DNA from: Marinilabiliales bacterium
GTDB lineage: Bacteria; Bacteroidota; Bacteroidia; Bacteroidales; UBA12077
Assembly (NCBI GenBank): GCA_002869305.1
Contig: PKTC01000481.1
Location: 1-32,841, forward strand
DNA: 32,841 nucleotides
Direction of reading: 5' to 3'
Shown: positions 25,734 through 32,841 of the stretch, in pieces
Layout of the letters: each line of letters begins with the position of its first letter
Position numbering within the stretch: the stretch's first letter is position 1
The notes under the pieces: generated by a model
Databases searched by the model: none
What the model saw: the letters and a program-made list of their open reading frames with translations, nothing else
Told to the model about the DNA's origin: nothing
Made by a program: the position numbers and the translations under genes

Positions 25734-25741
25734 TATTTTTG
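25734..25741 (+). promoter_or_regulatory. -7-like promoter element TATTTTTG for the OMP-nadE transcription unit
   Basis: Matches TAnnTTTG and lies 27 nt upstream of the ATG at 25769. It sits inside the longer TTG-started track ORF, which argues for the shorter start. Confidence 0.3.
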
Positions 25742-25768
25742 TATGAACTAAAAACAAAGCCTAAAAGT

Positions 25769-26428
25769 ATGAAAAAGTATTTATTAATTTCAATATTACT
25801 CATTTCAACTGTTACAATATTCGCACAGAATACAAATTTGCGTTTTACAGTATTTGTTGATCCGAAATTTTCATGGATGAAATCAGATTATAATTCAATT
25901 GACAACGATGGATCAAAGTTTGGAGTAAATATTGGTTTAAATGTGGATAAGTTTTTTGCAGATAACTATGCGATAATGACAGGTATTTCAATTGATAACA
26001 CAGGTGGAAATTTGAACTTTGAAAATGTCAAGACTTTAAAAACCGGAAGTGGAAATGAAGATTTGCCTGCTGGAAGTAGCATACTATATAAGTTGCAATA
26101 CATAGATATACCTTTGGGTCTAAAATTAAAAACAAACGAAATTGGCTATTGGACTTTCTTCACTCATCTTGGACTAAATGGAGGAATAAATATTAAGGCC
26201 ACTGCCGAAGTTGATGGTTATGAATTACAAAATGAAAACATAAGCGATGAAGTACGTTTATTTAATTTAGGTTATTTTATCGGTGCAGGTACTGAATACT
26301 CTATAGGAGGAAATGCGGCTCTTGTTGTTGGATTAACTTATACAAACGGGTTTATTGATATCACCGACGGTGGCGACAGTAAAGTAACACTTGGAAACCT
26401 GGCCATAAGAGTTGGAGTATTATTTTAA
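25769..26428 (+). CDS. small outer-membrane beta-barrel (porin-family / OMP_b-brl_2-like) protein
   Basis: I use the ATG at 25769, which gives the signal peptide MKKYLLISILLISTVTIFAQ. The track ORF starts earlier, at 25688. The sequence has an alternating beta-strand pattern and ends ...IRVGVLF. Confidence 0.7.
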   Translation: MKKYLLISILLISTVTIFAQNTNLRFTVFVDPKFSWMKSDYNSIDNDGSKFGVNIGLNVDKFFADNYAIMTGISIDNTGGNLNFENVKTLKTGSGNEDLPAGSSILYKLQYIDIPLGLKLKTNEIGYWTFFTHLGLNGGINIKATAEVDGYELQNENISDEVRLFNLGYFIGAGTEYSIGGNAALVVGLTYTNGFIDITDGGDSKVTLGNLAIRVGVLF

Positions 26429-26452
26429 TATCATTTATAATAAATACACCCT

Positions 26453-28111
26453 ATGAAAATTGCTCTGGCACAATTGAATTATCATATAGGTAATTTCGAA
26501 AAGAATACCTCTAAAATAATCGATCAGATTGATATAGCTAAATCCGATCAGGTTGATTTAATTGTGTTTTCTGAATTATCGGTTTGCGGATATCCTCCGC
26601 AAGATTTGTTAGAGAAAAAATCATTTATAGAACAATGTGAAATTGCAATAGAGGAAATTGCTCCACATTGCAAAAACATAGCTGTAATTATTGGTTCACC
26701 GACTTTAAATTATCATAAGAAAGGAAAAAGATTATATAATTCTGCCATATTTATTGCTGATGGTGAAGTAAAGTATATTCAGAATAAAACATTGCTTCCA
26801 ACTTACGACATATTTGATGAGTACAGATATTTTGAACCCAACGATAAATTCAATGTGGTTGAGTATAAAGAAAAGAAAATTGCTATTACAATTTGTGAAG
26901 ATCTTTGGGATTTTCAGCCAGTAGAGAACACTTTTGCAAAGAATCAGCTATACAATATTGCACCGATGGAAAAACTCATAGAGTATAAGCCGGATTTTAT
27001 TGTAAATATTGCTGCTTCGCCATTTTCATATACAAAAATATGGGGACGAAAAAACGTTTTTATTCGTAATGCAAAAAAATATAAACTACCACTTTTTAAT
27101 GTAAATCAAGTTGGAGCACAAACCGAATTGATTTTTGATGGCGGCTCTTTAGTGGTGAATCCAGACGGAACTATAGCTGATGAATTGAAGCTGTTTAAAG
27201 AAGATTACAAGGTTTATGATTTAGATTTAGTAGTTAAAAGCTCGCAAAATAAAACCATTGATGAAGATCCGGATGTTATTGCCAAAATACACGACGCATT
27301 GGTTTTAGGAATTCGTGACTATTTTGAAAAAATGAATTTTACGAAAGCTACACTAGGCTTATCTGGAGGTATAGATTCGGCAGTATCGTTAGTTATTGCA
27401 GAAAGAGCACTAGGAGCTAAAAATTTAAGGGTACTCCTTTTGCCATCAAAATATTCATCGGATCATTCAATAACAGATGCTGAAACCTTAGCGAAAAATC
27501 TTGGAATCCAATATGATGTTGTGAATATTCAAGAGGTGGTTGATAGTTTTAACAAATCATTAAAAGATGTTTTTAAAGGATTAGATGAAGGAATAACAGA
27601 AGAGAATATTCAGGCAAGAGCAAGAGGAACAATTTTAATGGCATTATCGAATAAATTTGGTCATATCCTTTTAAATACGTCGAACAAAAGTGAAGCGGCT
27701 GTTGGATATGGAACATTATACGGCGATATGAATGGAGGTCTCTCCGTTTTAGGAGATGTTTATAAACTTGATGTATATAAATTAGCCCGCTATATAAATC
27801 GAGATACTGAAATTATACCTGAAAACACCATAACAAAACCGCCTTCGGCGGAACTTCGACCCGATCAAAAAGATACAGATTCATTGCCTGATTACGATCA
27901 ATTAGATAAAATTCTTTTCGAATATATTGAGTTGCAAAAACCTTTAGAAGAAATTGTGGAAGAGGGTTTTGATCAATCGATAGTAGAAAAAATCACAAGG
28001 CTTGTTGATGCTAATGAATATAAAAGATATCAGGCACCCCCAATTTTAAGAATATCATCGAAAGCATTTGGTGCCGGTAGAAGAATGCCGTTAGTAGCAA
28101 AATACAGTTAA
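26453..28111 (+). CDS. nadE: glutamine-dependent NAD+ synthase (CN-hydrolase domain plus NAD synthetase domain)
   Basis: 552-aa ORF. N-terminal nitrilase-like domain (LIVFSELSVCGYPP, ITICEDLW) and C-terminal PP-loop GLSGGIDSAV. Confidence 0.95.
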   Translation: MKIALAQLNYHIGNFEKNTSKIIDQIDIAKSDQVDLIVFSELSVCGYPPQDLLEKKSFIEQCEIAIEEIAPHCKNIAVIIGSPTLNYHKKGKRLYNSAIFIADGEVKYIQNKTLLPTYDIFDEYRYFEPNDKFNVVEYKEKKIAITICEDLWDFQPVENTFAKNQLYNIAPMEKLIEYKPDFIVNIAASPFSYTKIWGRKNVFIRNAKKYKLPLFNVNQVGAQTELIFDGGSLVVNPDGTIADELKLFKEDYKVYDLDLVVKSSQNKTIDEDPDVIAKIHDALVLGIRDYFEKMNFTKATLGLSGGIDSAVSLVIAERALGAKNLRVLLLPSKYSSDHSITDAETLAKNLGIQYDVVNIQEVVDSFNKSLKDVFKGLDEGITEENIQARARGTILMALSNKFGHILLNTSNKSEAAVGYGTLYGDMNGGLSVLGDVYKLDVYKLARYINRDTEIIPENTITKPPSAELRPDQKDTDSLPDYDQLDKILFEYIELQKPLEEIVEEGFDQSIVEKITRLVDANEYKRYQAPPILRISSKAFGAGRRMPLVAKYS

Positions 28112-28120
28112 TCAATATTT

Positions 28121-28154
28121 AGTAAGATTTGTTTAAATCTTACTGTTCTTTTTT
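28121..28154 (+). terminator. rho-independent terminator of nadE
   Basis: agtaagattt-gttt-aaatcttact (10-bp stem) followed by gTTCTTTTTT. Confidence 0.75.
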
Positions 28155-28218
28155 AATCAGATAATGCGGTTAAAATCCGATTTTCAAAAAAATATTTTAT
28201 AGTTTTAGGCGAAAATTA

Positions 28219-28226
28219 TACATTTG
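28219..28226 (+). promoter_or_regulatory. -7-like promoter element TACATTTG upstream of the Crp/Fnr gene
   Basis: Matches TAnnTTTG and lies 36 nt upstream of the ATG at 28263. Confidence 0.3.
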
Positions 28227-28262
28227 TATGTTTTTTAACATATTTTTATAAAAAATACATCA

Positions 28263-28955
28263 ATGAACGTTGAGTGCCATAATATAATCGATAACCAAAT
28301 GTCTGTTTTCAGTGTTCTTAATGAAGAAGAAAAGGAACTTCTGAAGAAAAACAGCACCTGTACATACTACAAGAAAAACGATATAATTTACAAAGAGGGA
28401 GATAAACCAAGCGGATTAATTTGTTTATCCAAAGGAAAAGTTAAAATCTTTAAAGAAGGTGTTGGTGGAAGAGAGCAAATTGTGCGAATGGCTAAGCCCG
28501 TAGGCTTTATTGGATACAGAGCTCTTTTTGCTGAACAAAACTACCTGGCTTCAGCTGAAGCTATTGAGGATAGTGTTATTTGCACCATTGAAAAAGATAC
28601 TTTGTTTATAATATTAAAATCAAATCATGATCTTTCCATAAGTATAATTCGTTCTTTAGCATCAGAATTAGGTTTCTCAAATAATAGAACCGTCACACTC
28701 ACCCAAAAACATATACGAGGCAGATTAGCCGAATCTTTATTATTTCTTAAAGACACCTATGGTCTAGAAGAAGACAATGCCACCATAAAAGTTTATCTTT
28801 CTCGTGAAGATATTGCTAATCTTTCCAATATGACCACTTCGAATGCAATTAGAACGCTTTCTACGTTTGCTAGTGAAAAAATTATTGCTTTAGATGGCAG
28901 GAAAATAAAGATTTTAGATTTAAGAGGTTTAGAAAGAATTAGCGAATTAGGTTAA
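28263..28955 (+). CDS. Crp/Fnr-family transcriptional regulator (cNMP-binding-like domain plus C-terminal HTH)
   Basis: 230-aa ORF. Beta-roll region YKEGDKPSGLICLSKGKVKIFKEG..GREQIV and HTH SREDIANLSNMTTSNAIRTLSTF. No N-terminal Cys cluster of the oxygen-sensing FNR type. The start could alternatively be Met13. Confidence 0.85.
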   Translation: MNVECHNIIDNQMSVFSVLNEEEKELLKKNSTCTYYKKNDIIYKEGDKPSGLICLSKGKVKIFKEGVGGREQIVRMAKPVGFIGYRALFAEQNYLASAEAIEDSVICTIEKDTLFIILKSNHDLSISIIRSLASELGFSNNRTVTLTQKHIRGRLAESLLFLKDTYGLEEDNATIKVYLSREDIANLSNMTTSNAIRTLSTFASEKIIALDGRKIKILDLRGLERISELG

Positions 28956-30399
28956 TCTTATTTAATGACTTAATTGATAACGACTCCAAGAAGCTTTTAT
29001 CAGTCATAAAATTAGTATCCAACTCCCCTTTGATATACATATCTCTGAATAATAACAGATTCTCTGCAGTTTTAGGATTATTCATATCATAAAGAACCTT
29101 ACTTGCTTCTGTAATTTTCAAAGTATCCAACTTTGCATTCTTGCCATAAGTGCTCTCAAAATAAAAATTAACAGCACTCTCCAGTCCTTCATCTAGTATG
29201 GATGATACAACTTGTTGAGTTAAATCAACGTCAGTAGAATCGTCTAAAACCTGCTGAATTTCACGAATTATGGAATAGGTTAGCGATGAATATGTATGGT
29301 TTAAGATGATCACAGTATTGGTATCTTCAACATAACGAAGCAAACTTGTTCTGAAACCATTCCATTTACAATGATGATAGGCTATTTTCTTATTATTTCG
29401 ATCTCTGATTCTGAATCCAAATCCATAAGGAATCTCATATTTCCCGTGAAGTTTAAATGTTGATATAGCTTCATTAAATGTTACAGCTGAAACTAGTGTA
29501 TTGTTATAGAGTGCCTGATCCCATTTAAACAAATCTTCTGTAGTTGAATAAATACCTTTATCTCCTACAGCTCCATCATTTACTGTTTCTGGAATCATTC
29601 GATACCGTCTTCCTCGATAATAATAACCAATTAACCTATCCTTTTTCTCATTACTTGCGGAACTACTATAAACAAATGAATTTTCCATTTTTAAAGGATC
29701 AAAAACATTGGAGTGCATGAAATCAGCAAAAGACTGCTTTGATAATCTTTCAACTATAGAAGCTAATACAACATATCCAGTATTTGAATAATCCCATCTA
29801 CGACCAGGGGTAAAATAAAGGTTCAGTTTATGTTCTGCCAGCATTTTTATAATATCTTCATTATTTGGTGCCTTTTTATCATGCCAATGATGCTCAACCA
29901 ACCAATAATAATTTGGTAAGCCCGAAGTGTGATTTAAAAGCTCTCTGATTGTAATTCTGGGATAAGGAAATTCAGGGATATATTTAGTAACTGAATCGTC
30001 ATAACTTAACTGATTCCTTTCCTTTAAAATCATAATAGCCATTGCAGTAAATTGCTTTGTCACTGAGGCCAGCTGGAAAATGTCATCTTTTTCCAACTTT
30101 TTTCGTCGTAACATATCCGAATATCCAAACGACTCATTATAAATACAACATCCTTTGTAAGCTACCAGTACACTGCCGTTAAAATAATTATTTTTAGCTT
30201 TTGCCTGTAAAATAGAATCTATGATTTCGGCTTTCTCATCGTAAAATATTTGATCAATCTCTTTCTTGGCATTTGGTGATACAATTTCTTCCTTTTCAAT
30301 TGCTGCTCCGAAAAGATTTAATCGTATACTTACTGTTACAACAACAACAATAAATGTAAGTGATAGTATCGAAAATATTTTTAAGTATTTGTAATCCAT
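28939..30399 (-). CDS. membrane-anchored serine hydrolase of the class-C beta-lactamase / PBP4*-like family with a C-terminal extension
   Basis: 486-aa ORF with an N-terminal TM anchor (IFSILSLTFIVVVVTVSI). SxxK motif ASVTKQF, YxN motif YSNTGY, and about 120 extra C-terminal residues. Confidence 0.8.
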   Translation of the reverse strand: MDYKYLKIFSILSLTFIVVVVTVSIRLNLFGAAIEKEEIVSPNAKKEIDQIFYDEKAEIIDSILQAKAKNNYFNGSVLVAYKGCCIYNESFGYSDMLRRKKLEKDDIFQLASVTKQFTAMAIMILKERNQLSYDDSVTKYIPEFPYPRITIRELLNHTSGLPNYYWLVEHHWHDKKAPNNEDIIKMLAEHKLNLYFTPGRRWDYSNTGYVVLASIVERLSKQSFADFMHSNVFDPLKMENSFVYSSSASNEKKDRLIGYYYRGRRYRMIPETVNDGAVGDKGIYSTTEDLFKWDQALYNNTLVSAVTFNEAISTFKLHGKYEIPYGFGFRIRDRNNKKIAYHHCKWNGFRTSLLRYVEDTNTVIILNHTYSSLTYSIIREIQQVLDDSTDVDLTQQVVSSILDEGLESAVNFYFESTYGKNAKLDTLKITEASKVLYDMNNPKTAENLLLFRDMYIKGELDTNFMTDKSFLESLSIKSLNKINLIR

Positions 30400-30626
30400 A
30401 TACTTTAGCAGAATCTAGCCTTTTCAATCAAGCGCCAAAATAAAACAAATTTTAACTTGAATCAAAGCTAAATTCTTTAAATTCCTTTATTTATTAAGTA
30501 TTACAAGCCAAACTTTATCCTAATTATATAATCTAAATACAATTAATGTTTGATAAAATAAGGGATTGAAAAGTTTTCAACAGCTTATCATTCGAAATTG
30601 CAGAAAAATCAAGGATTGTGGATAAA

Positions 30627-32841
30627 TTATTCTTGAAAGTATATGCGTTTTACTCGTGATGATACACTGGTAAATATTTCATATGGAATTGTTTCTAATT
30701 CATTTGCCAGGTCAATAACTGATTGCTCCTTCCCAAAAACAATTACTTCGTCTCCTTCATGAATATTACATCCCGTAATATCAATCATACACATGTCCAT
30801 GCAAATATTGCCAATTATAGGAACAAAAAAGCCATTAACATATAGTTTTCCTTTTCCATTACTCAGTTTTCGGTTTAAACCATCTGCGTAGCCAATAGGA
30901 ACAACTGCAATGGTTACATCATTTTCAGCTTTACCTTGTCGGTTATAACCAATTGTCTCATCTTTTGGAACCTGTTTAACCTGAATTATTGTACTTTTTA
31001 AGGTGCTAACGTTTACTAGTAGATTTTGATTTGTTGCTGAAATTCCATATAAACCAATTCCTAATCGAACCATTTCAAATTGTGCTTCAGGAAATCTTTC
31101 TATACCAGCAGAATTGGATATATGGCGTGTAATTTTATAGTTGAAATTATTAATAAAAAGCGAGCTTAAATTATCAAATCTTTCAATTTGCTTTTTAGTA
31201 AAATTATCATGAATATGATCATCGCTTCCAGCCAAATGAGAGAATATTGTTGATATTTTTAAATTTCCAATTTCCTTTAATTGGCCTATTAATTGTGGAA
31301 TTTCATTTTCCAAAAATCCCAGGCGATTCATCCCCGTGTCTAACTTAATATGAACTGGATAGTTAAGAAGATTCGCACGTTCTACCTCCATCCTAAATTG
31401 ATCCAAGATTCTGAAATTATAAATTTCTGGTTCCAATCGATGTTTTAACATCATCTCGAAACTATTTTGCTCCGGATTCATTACAATAATTGGAGTTTTT
31501 ATCCCTGCTTCTCTTAACGCTACTCCTTCGTCAGCAAATGCAACACCTAAATAATCTACACGTTGGTATTGTAAAATATTAGCAATTTCAAACGTTCCAC
31601 TACCATACGATAATGCCTTAACCATTACCATTATTTTAGTTTCTGGTTTTATCTTTGATCTAAAATAATTCAAATTGTGAACCAGAGCATTTAAGTTGAT
31701 TTCAAGGACTGTTCTGTGCGCCTTCTCCTCGAGTACCGAAGAAATTTTCTCAAAATGAAAATTACGCGATCCCTTCAGCAGTATTGCTTCCTCCCTGAAA
31801 TCGTTTTTATTGAACTCAGTTAAAAAAGTTTCTGTTGATGGATAAAAAACTTTTTCATTGTTAAAGACTTCACCTTGTGAGGATATCGCTTCTCCTATTC
31901 CTATTAATCTATTTACCTTAAATTTTTTTAGTAATGAAGCTACTTGTGTATATAATTGCTTCGTGTTTTTTCCAGTTTGAAGTATATCAGATAAAATCAA
32001 AGTTTTTTTCTTGTGCTGATTTTGCTGATCCAAATAATTCAATGCAATCTCCAAAGAGTTTAAATCTGAATTATAACTATCATTAATGATTGAACAATTA
32101 TTTATACCTTCCTTTAACTCCATACGCATAGCCACTGGTGGCAGGCTCTCAAATCTATTTTTGAACAATTTTGGATCAAAATTTAAAGCACAAATCATTG
32201 CGAGAACATGAATAGCATCTTGGATCGATGCTTGATCAGTAAATGGAATGATTAAAGAATCTTGATGTTTTTTTGTCTGAAATTCAATTTTTGTTTTGTT
32301 ATGATCTATAGGTTTTGTTCTTATGTATAAATTAGCTCCTTTACTTTTTGACCAGGAAAACAATTGTTTTTTTGACAAAAGTTTGTTTTCAGATATACTT
32401 TTTTCAATTATTTCTTCATCTCTTGAATAAACCAAGATATCGGCATTACTAAATAATTTTAATTTCTCAGTGGTCTTCTCCCTATAATCAACGAAATTTT
32501 CTTGATGAGGTTCTCCGATATTTGTAATTAAACCAATATTAGGTCTAATGATTTTTTCAAGTTTATCCATTTCACCAGATAAAGAAATACCAGCTTCAAA
32601 AATGGCTAAATCATAAATCTGCTCCATCAAACATATCGACAAAGGAACTCCAACCTGCGAGTTAAAACTTTTAGGATTTCTAATAATCTGCTTCTTTCCC
32701 TGAAGCACATGATAAATCCATTCTTTGACAATGGTTTTTCCGTTGCTTCCTGTGATTCCGATAACCGGGTATTTAAATTTATTCCTATGAAATGCAGCTA
32801 ATTTCTGCAGTGCTTCAATGGAATTTTTTACAAGTAAAAAA
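30627..32841 (-). CDS. murF/alr: bifunctional UDP-MurNAc-tripeptide--D-Ala-D-Ala ligase (MurF) / alanine racemase (Alr), N-terminus beyond the window
   Basis: The frame stays open upstream of the track start (a GTG at 32708) to the window edge: ...FHRNKFKYPVIGITGSNGKTIVKEWIYHVLQGKK (Mur ligase P-loop). The C-terminal half has the alanine racemase PLP motif MVMVKALSYGSG and a typical Alr C-terminus. Confidence 0.9.
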   Translation of the reverse strand, partial: FLLVKNSIEALQKLAAFHRNKFKYPVIGITGSNGKTIVKEWIYHVLQGKKQIIRNPKSFNSQVGVPLSICLMEQIYDLAIFEAGISLSGEMDKLEKIIRPNIGLITNIGEPHQENFVDYREKTTEKLKLFSNADILVYSRDEEIIEKSISENKLLSKKQLFSWSKSKGANLYIRTKPIDHNKTKIEFQTKKHQDSLIIPFTDQASIQDAIHVLAMICALNFDPKLFKNRFESLPPVAMRMELKEGINNCSIINDSYNSDLNSLEIALNYLDQQNQHKKKTLILSDILQTGKNTKQLYTQVASLLKKFKVNRLIGIGEAISSQGEVFNNEKVFYPSTETFLTEFNKNDFREEAILLKGSRNFHFEKISSVLEEKAHRTVLEINLNALVHNLNYFRSKIKPETKIMVMVKALSYGSGTFEIANILQYQRVDYLGVAFADEGVALREAGIKTPIIVMNPEQNSFEMMLKHRLEPEIYNFRILDQFRMEVERANLLNYPVHIKLDTGMNRLGFLENEIPQLIGQLKEIGNLKISTIFSHLAGSDDHIHDNFTKKQIERFDNLSSLFINNFNYKITRHISNSAGIERFPEAQFEMVRLGIGLYGISATNQNLLVNVSTLKSTIIQVKQVPKDETIGYNRQGKAENDVTIAVVPIGYADGLNRKLSNGKGKLYVNGFFVPIIGNICMDMCMIDITGCNIHEGDEVIVFGKEQSVIDLANELETIPYEIFTSVSSRVKRIYFQE

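Noticed and set aside
25688-25768. Longer TTG-initiated version of the OM beta-barrel ORF
   Set aside because: The extension (MFSNSKNHFISCDFCLFLYELKTKPKS) precedes a perfect signal peptide that starts at the ATG at 25769. It also contains a TATTTTTG promoter-like element, so the shorter start was preferred.
32706-32708. GTG at 32708 as the start of the MurF/Alr gene, as in the track
   Set aside because: The frame remains open to the window edge and upstream encodes the Mur ligase P-loop GITGSNGKT. The true start is outside the window.
1-32841. Screen for CRISPR arrays, tRNA/rRNA genes, IS elements, integrases, prophage or known defence and toxin-antitoxin genes
   Set aside because: I found no regularly spaced repeats, GC-rich tRNA-like segments, transposase or recombinase-like ORFs, terminal inverted repeats, or abrupt compositional shifts. 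By eye the window looks like core chromosome.

Overview
AT-rich segment that reads as ordinary core chromosome of a Bacteroidota member. The phylum call is an inference from several signs: a GldB gliding lipoprotein, a MurF-Alr fusion, a DUF1573 protein, many lipoprotein or SPI signal peptides, outer-membrane barrels ending in Phe, and recurring TAnnTTTG -7-like promoter motifs. I support 26 protein-coding genes. Two were absent or mis-delimited in the supplied ORF track: a 55-aa 2x[4Fe-4S] ferredoxin at 9686..9853 and an edge-truncated exported protein at 1..877. The MurF-Alr gene also runs off the right edge. Housekeeping content includes TlpA-like thiol-disulfide oxidoreductase, MeaB GTPase, M20 amidohydrolase, S9 peptidase, AmtB, formate-THF ligase, GldB, glutamine-dependent NAD+ synthase, a Crp/Fnr regulator and a class-C-like serine hydrolase. 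I see no rRNA, tRNA, CRISPR array, transposase, integrase or recognisable defence or toxin gene, so this is not an obvious accessory island. The three most unusual architectures are as follows. (1) An exported Memo-family lipoprotein is translationally coupled to a sensor kinase and NarL-type regulator, directly upstream of a porin-amtB operon that lacks glnK. (2) A 7-TM membrane-embedded LuxR-type regulator is divergent from a small membrane protein, with three copies of a palindromic CTACYTAAGTAG box between them. (3) A two-thioredoxin-fold, glutaredoxin-like protein sits in an operon with an orphan GroES paralogue. All functional interpretations of these are hypotheses. Family assignments come from motif recognition by eye and need HMM or structure searches.
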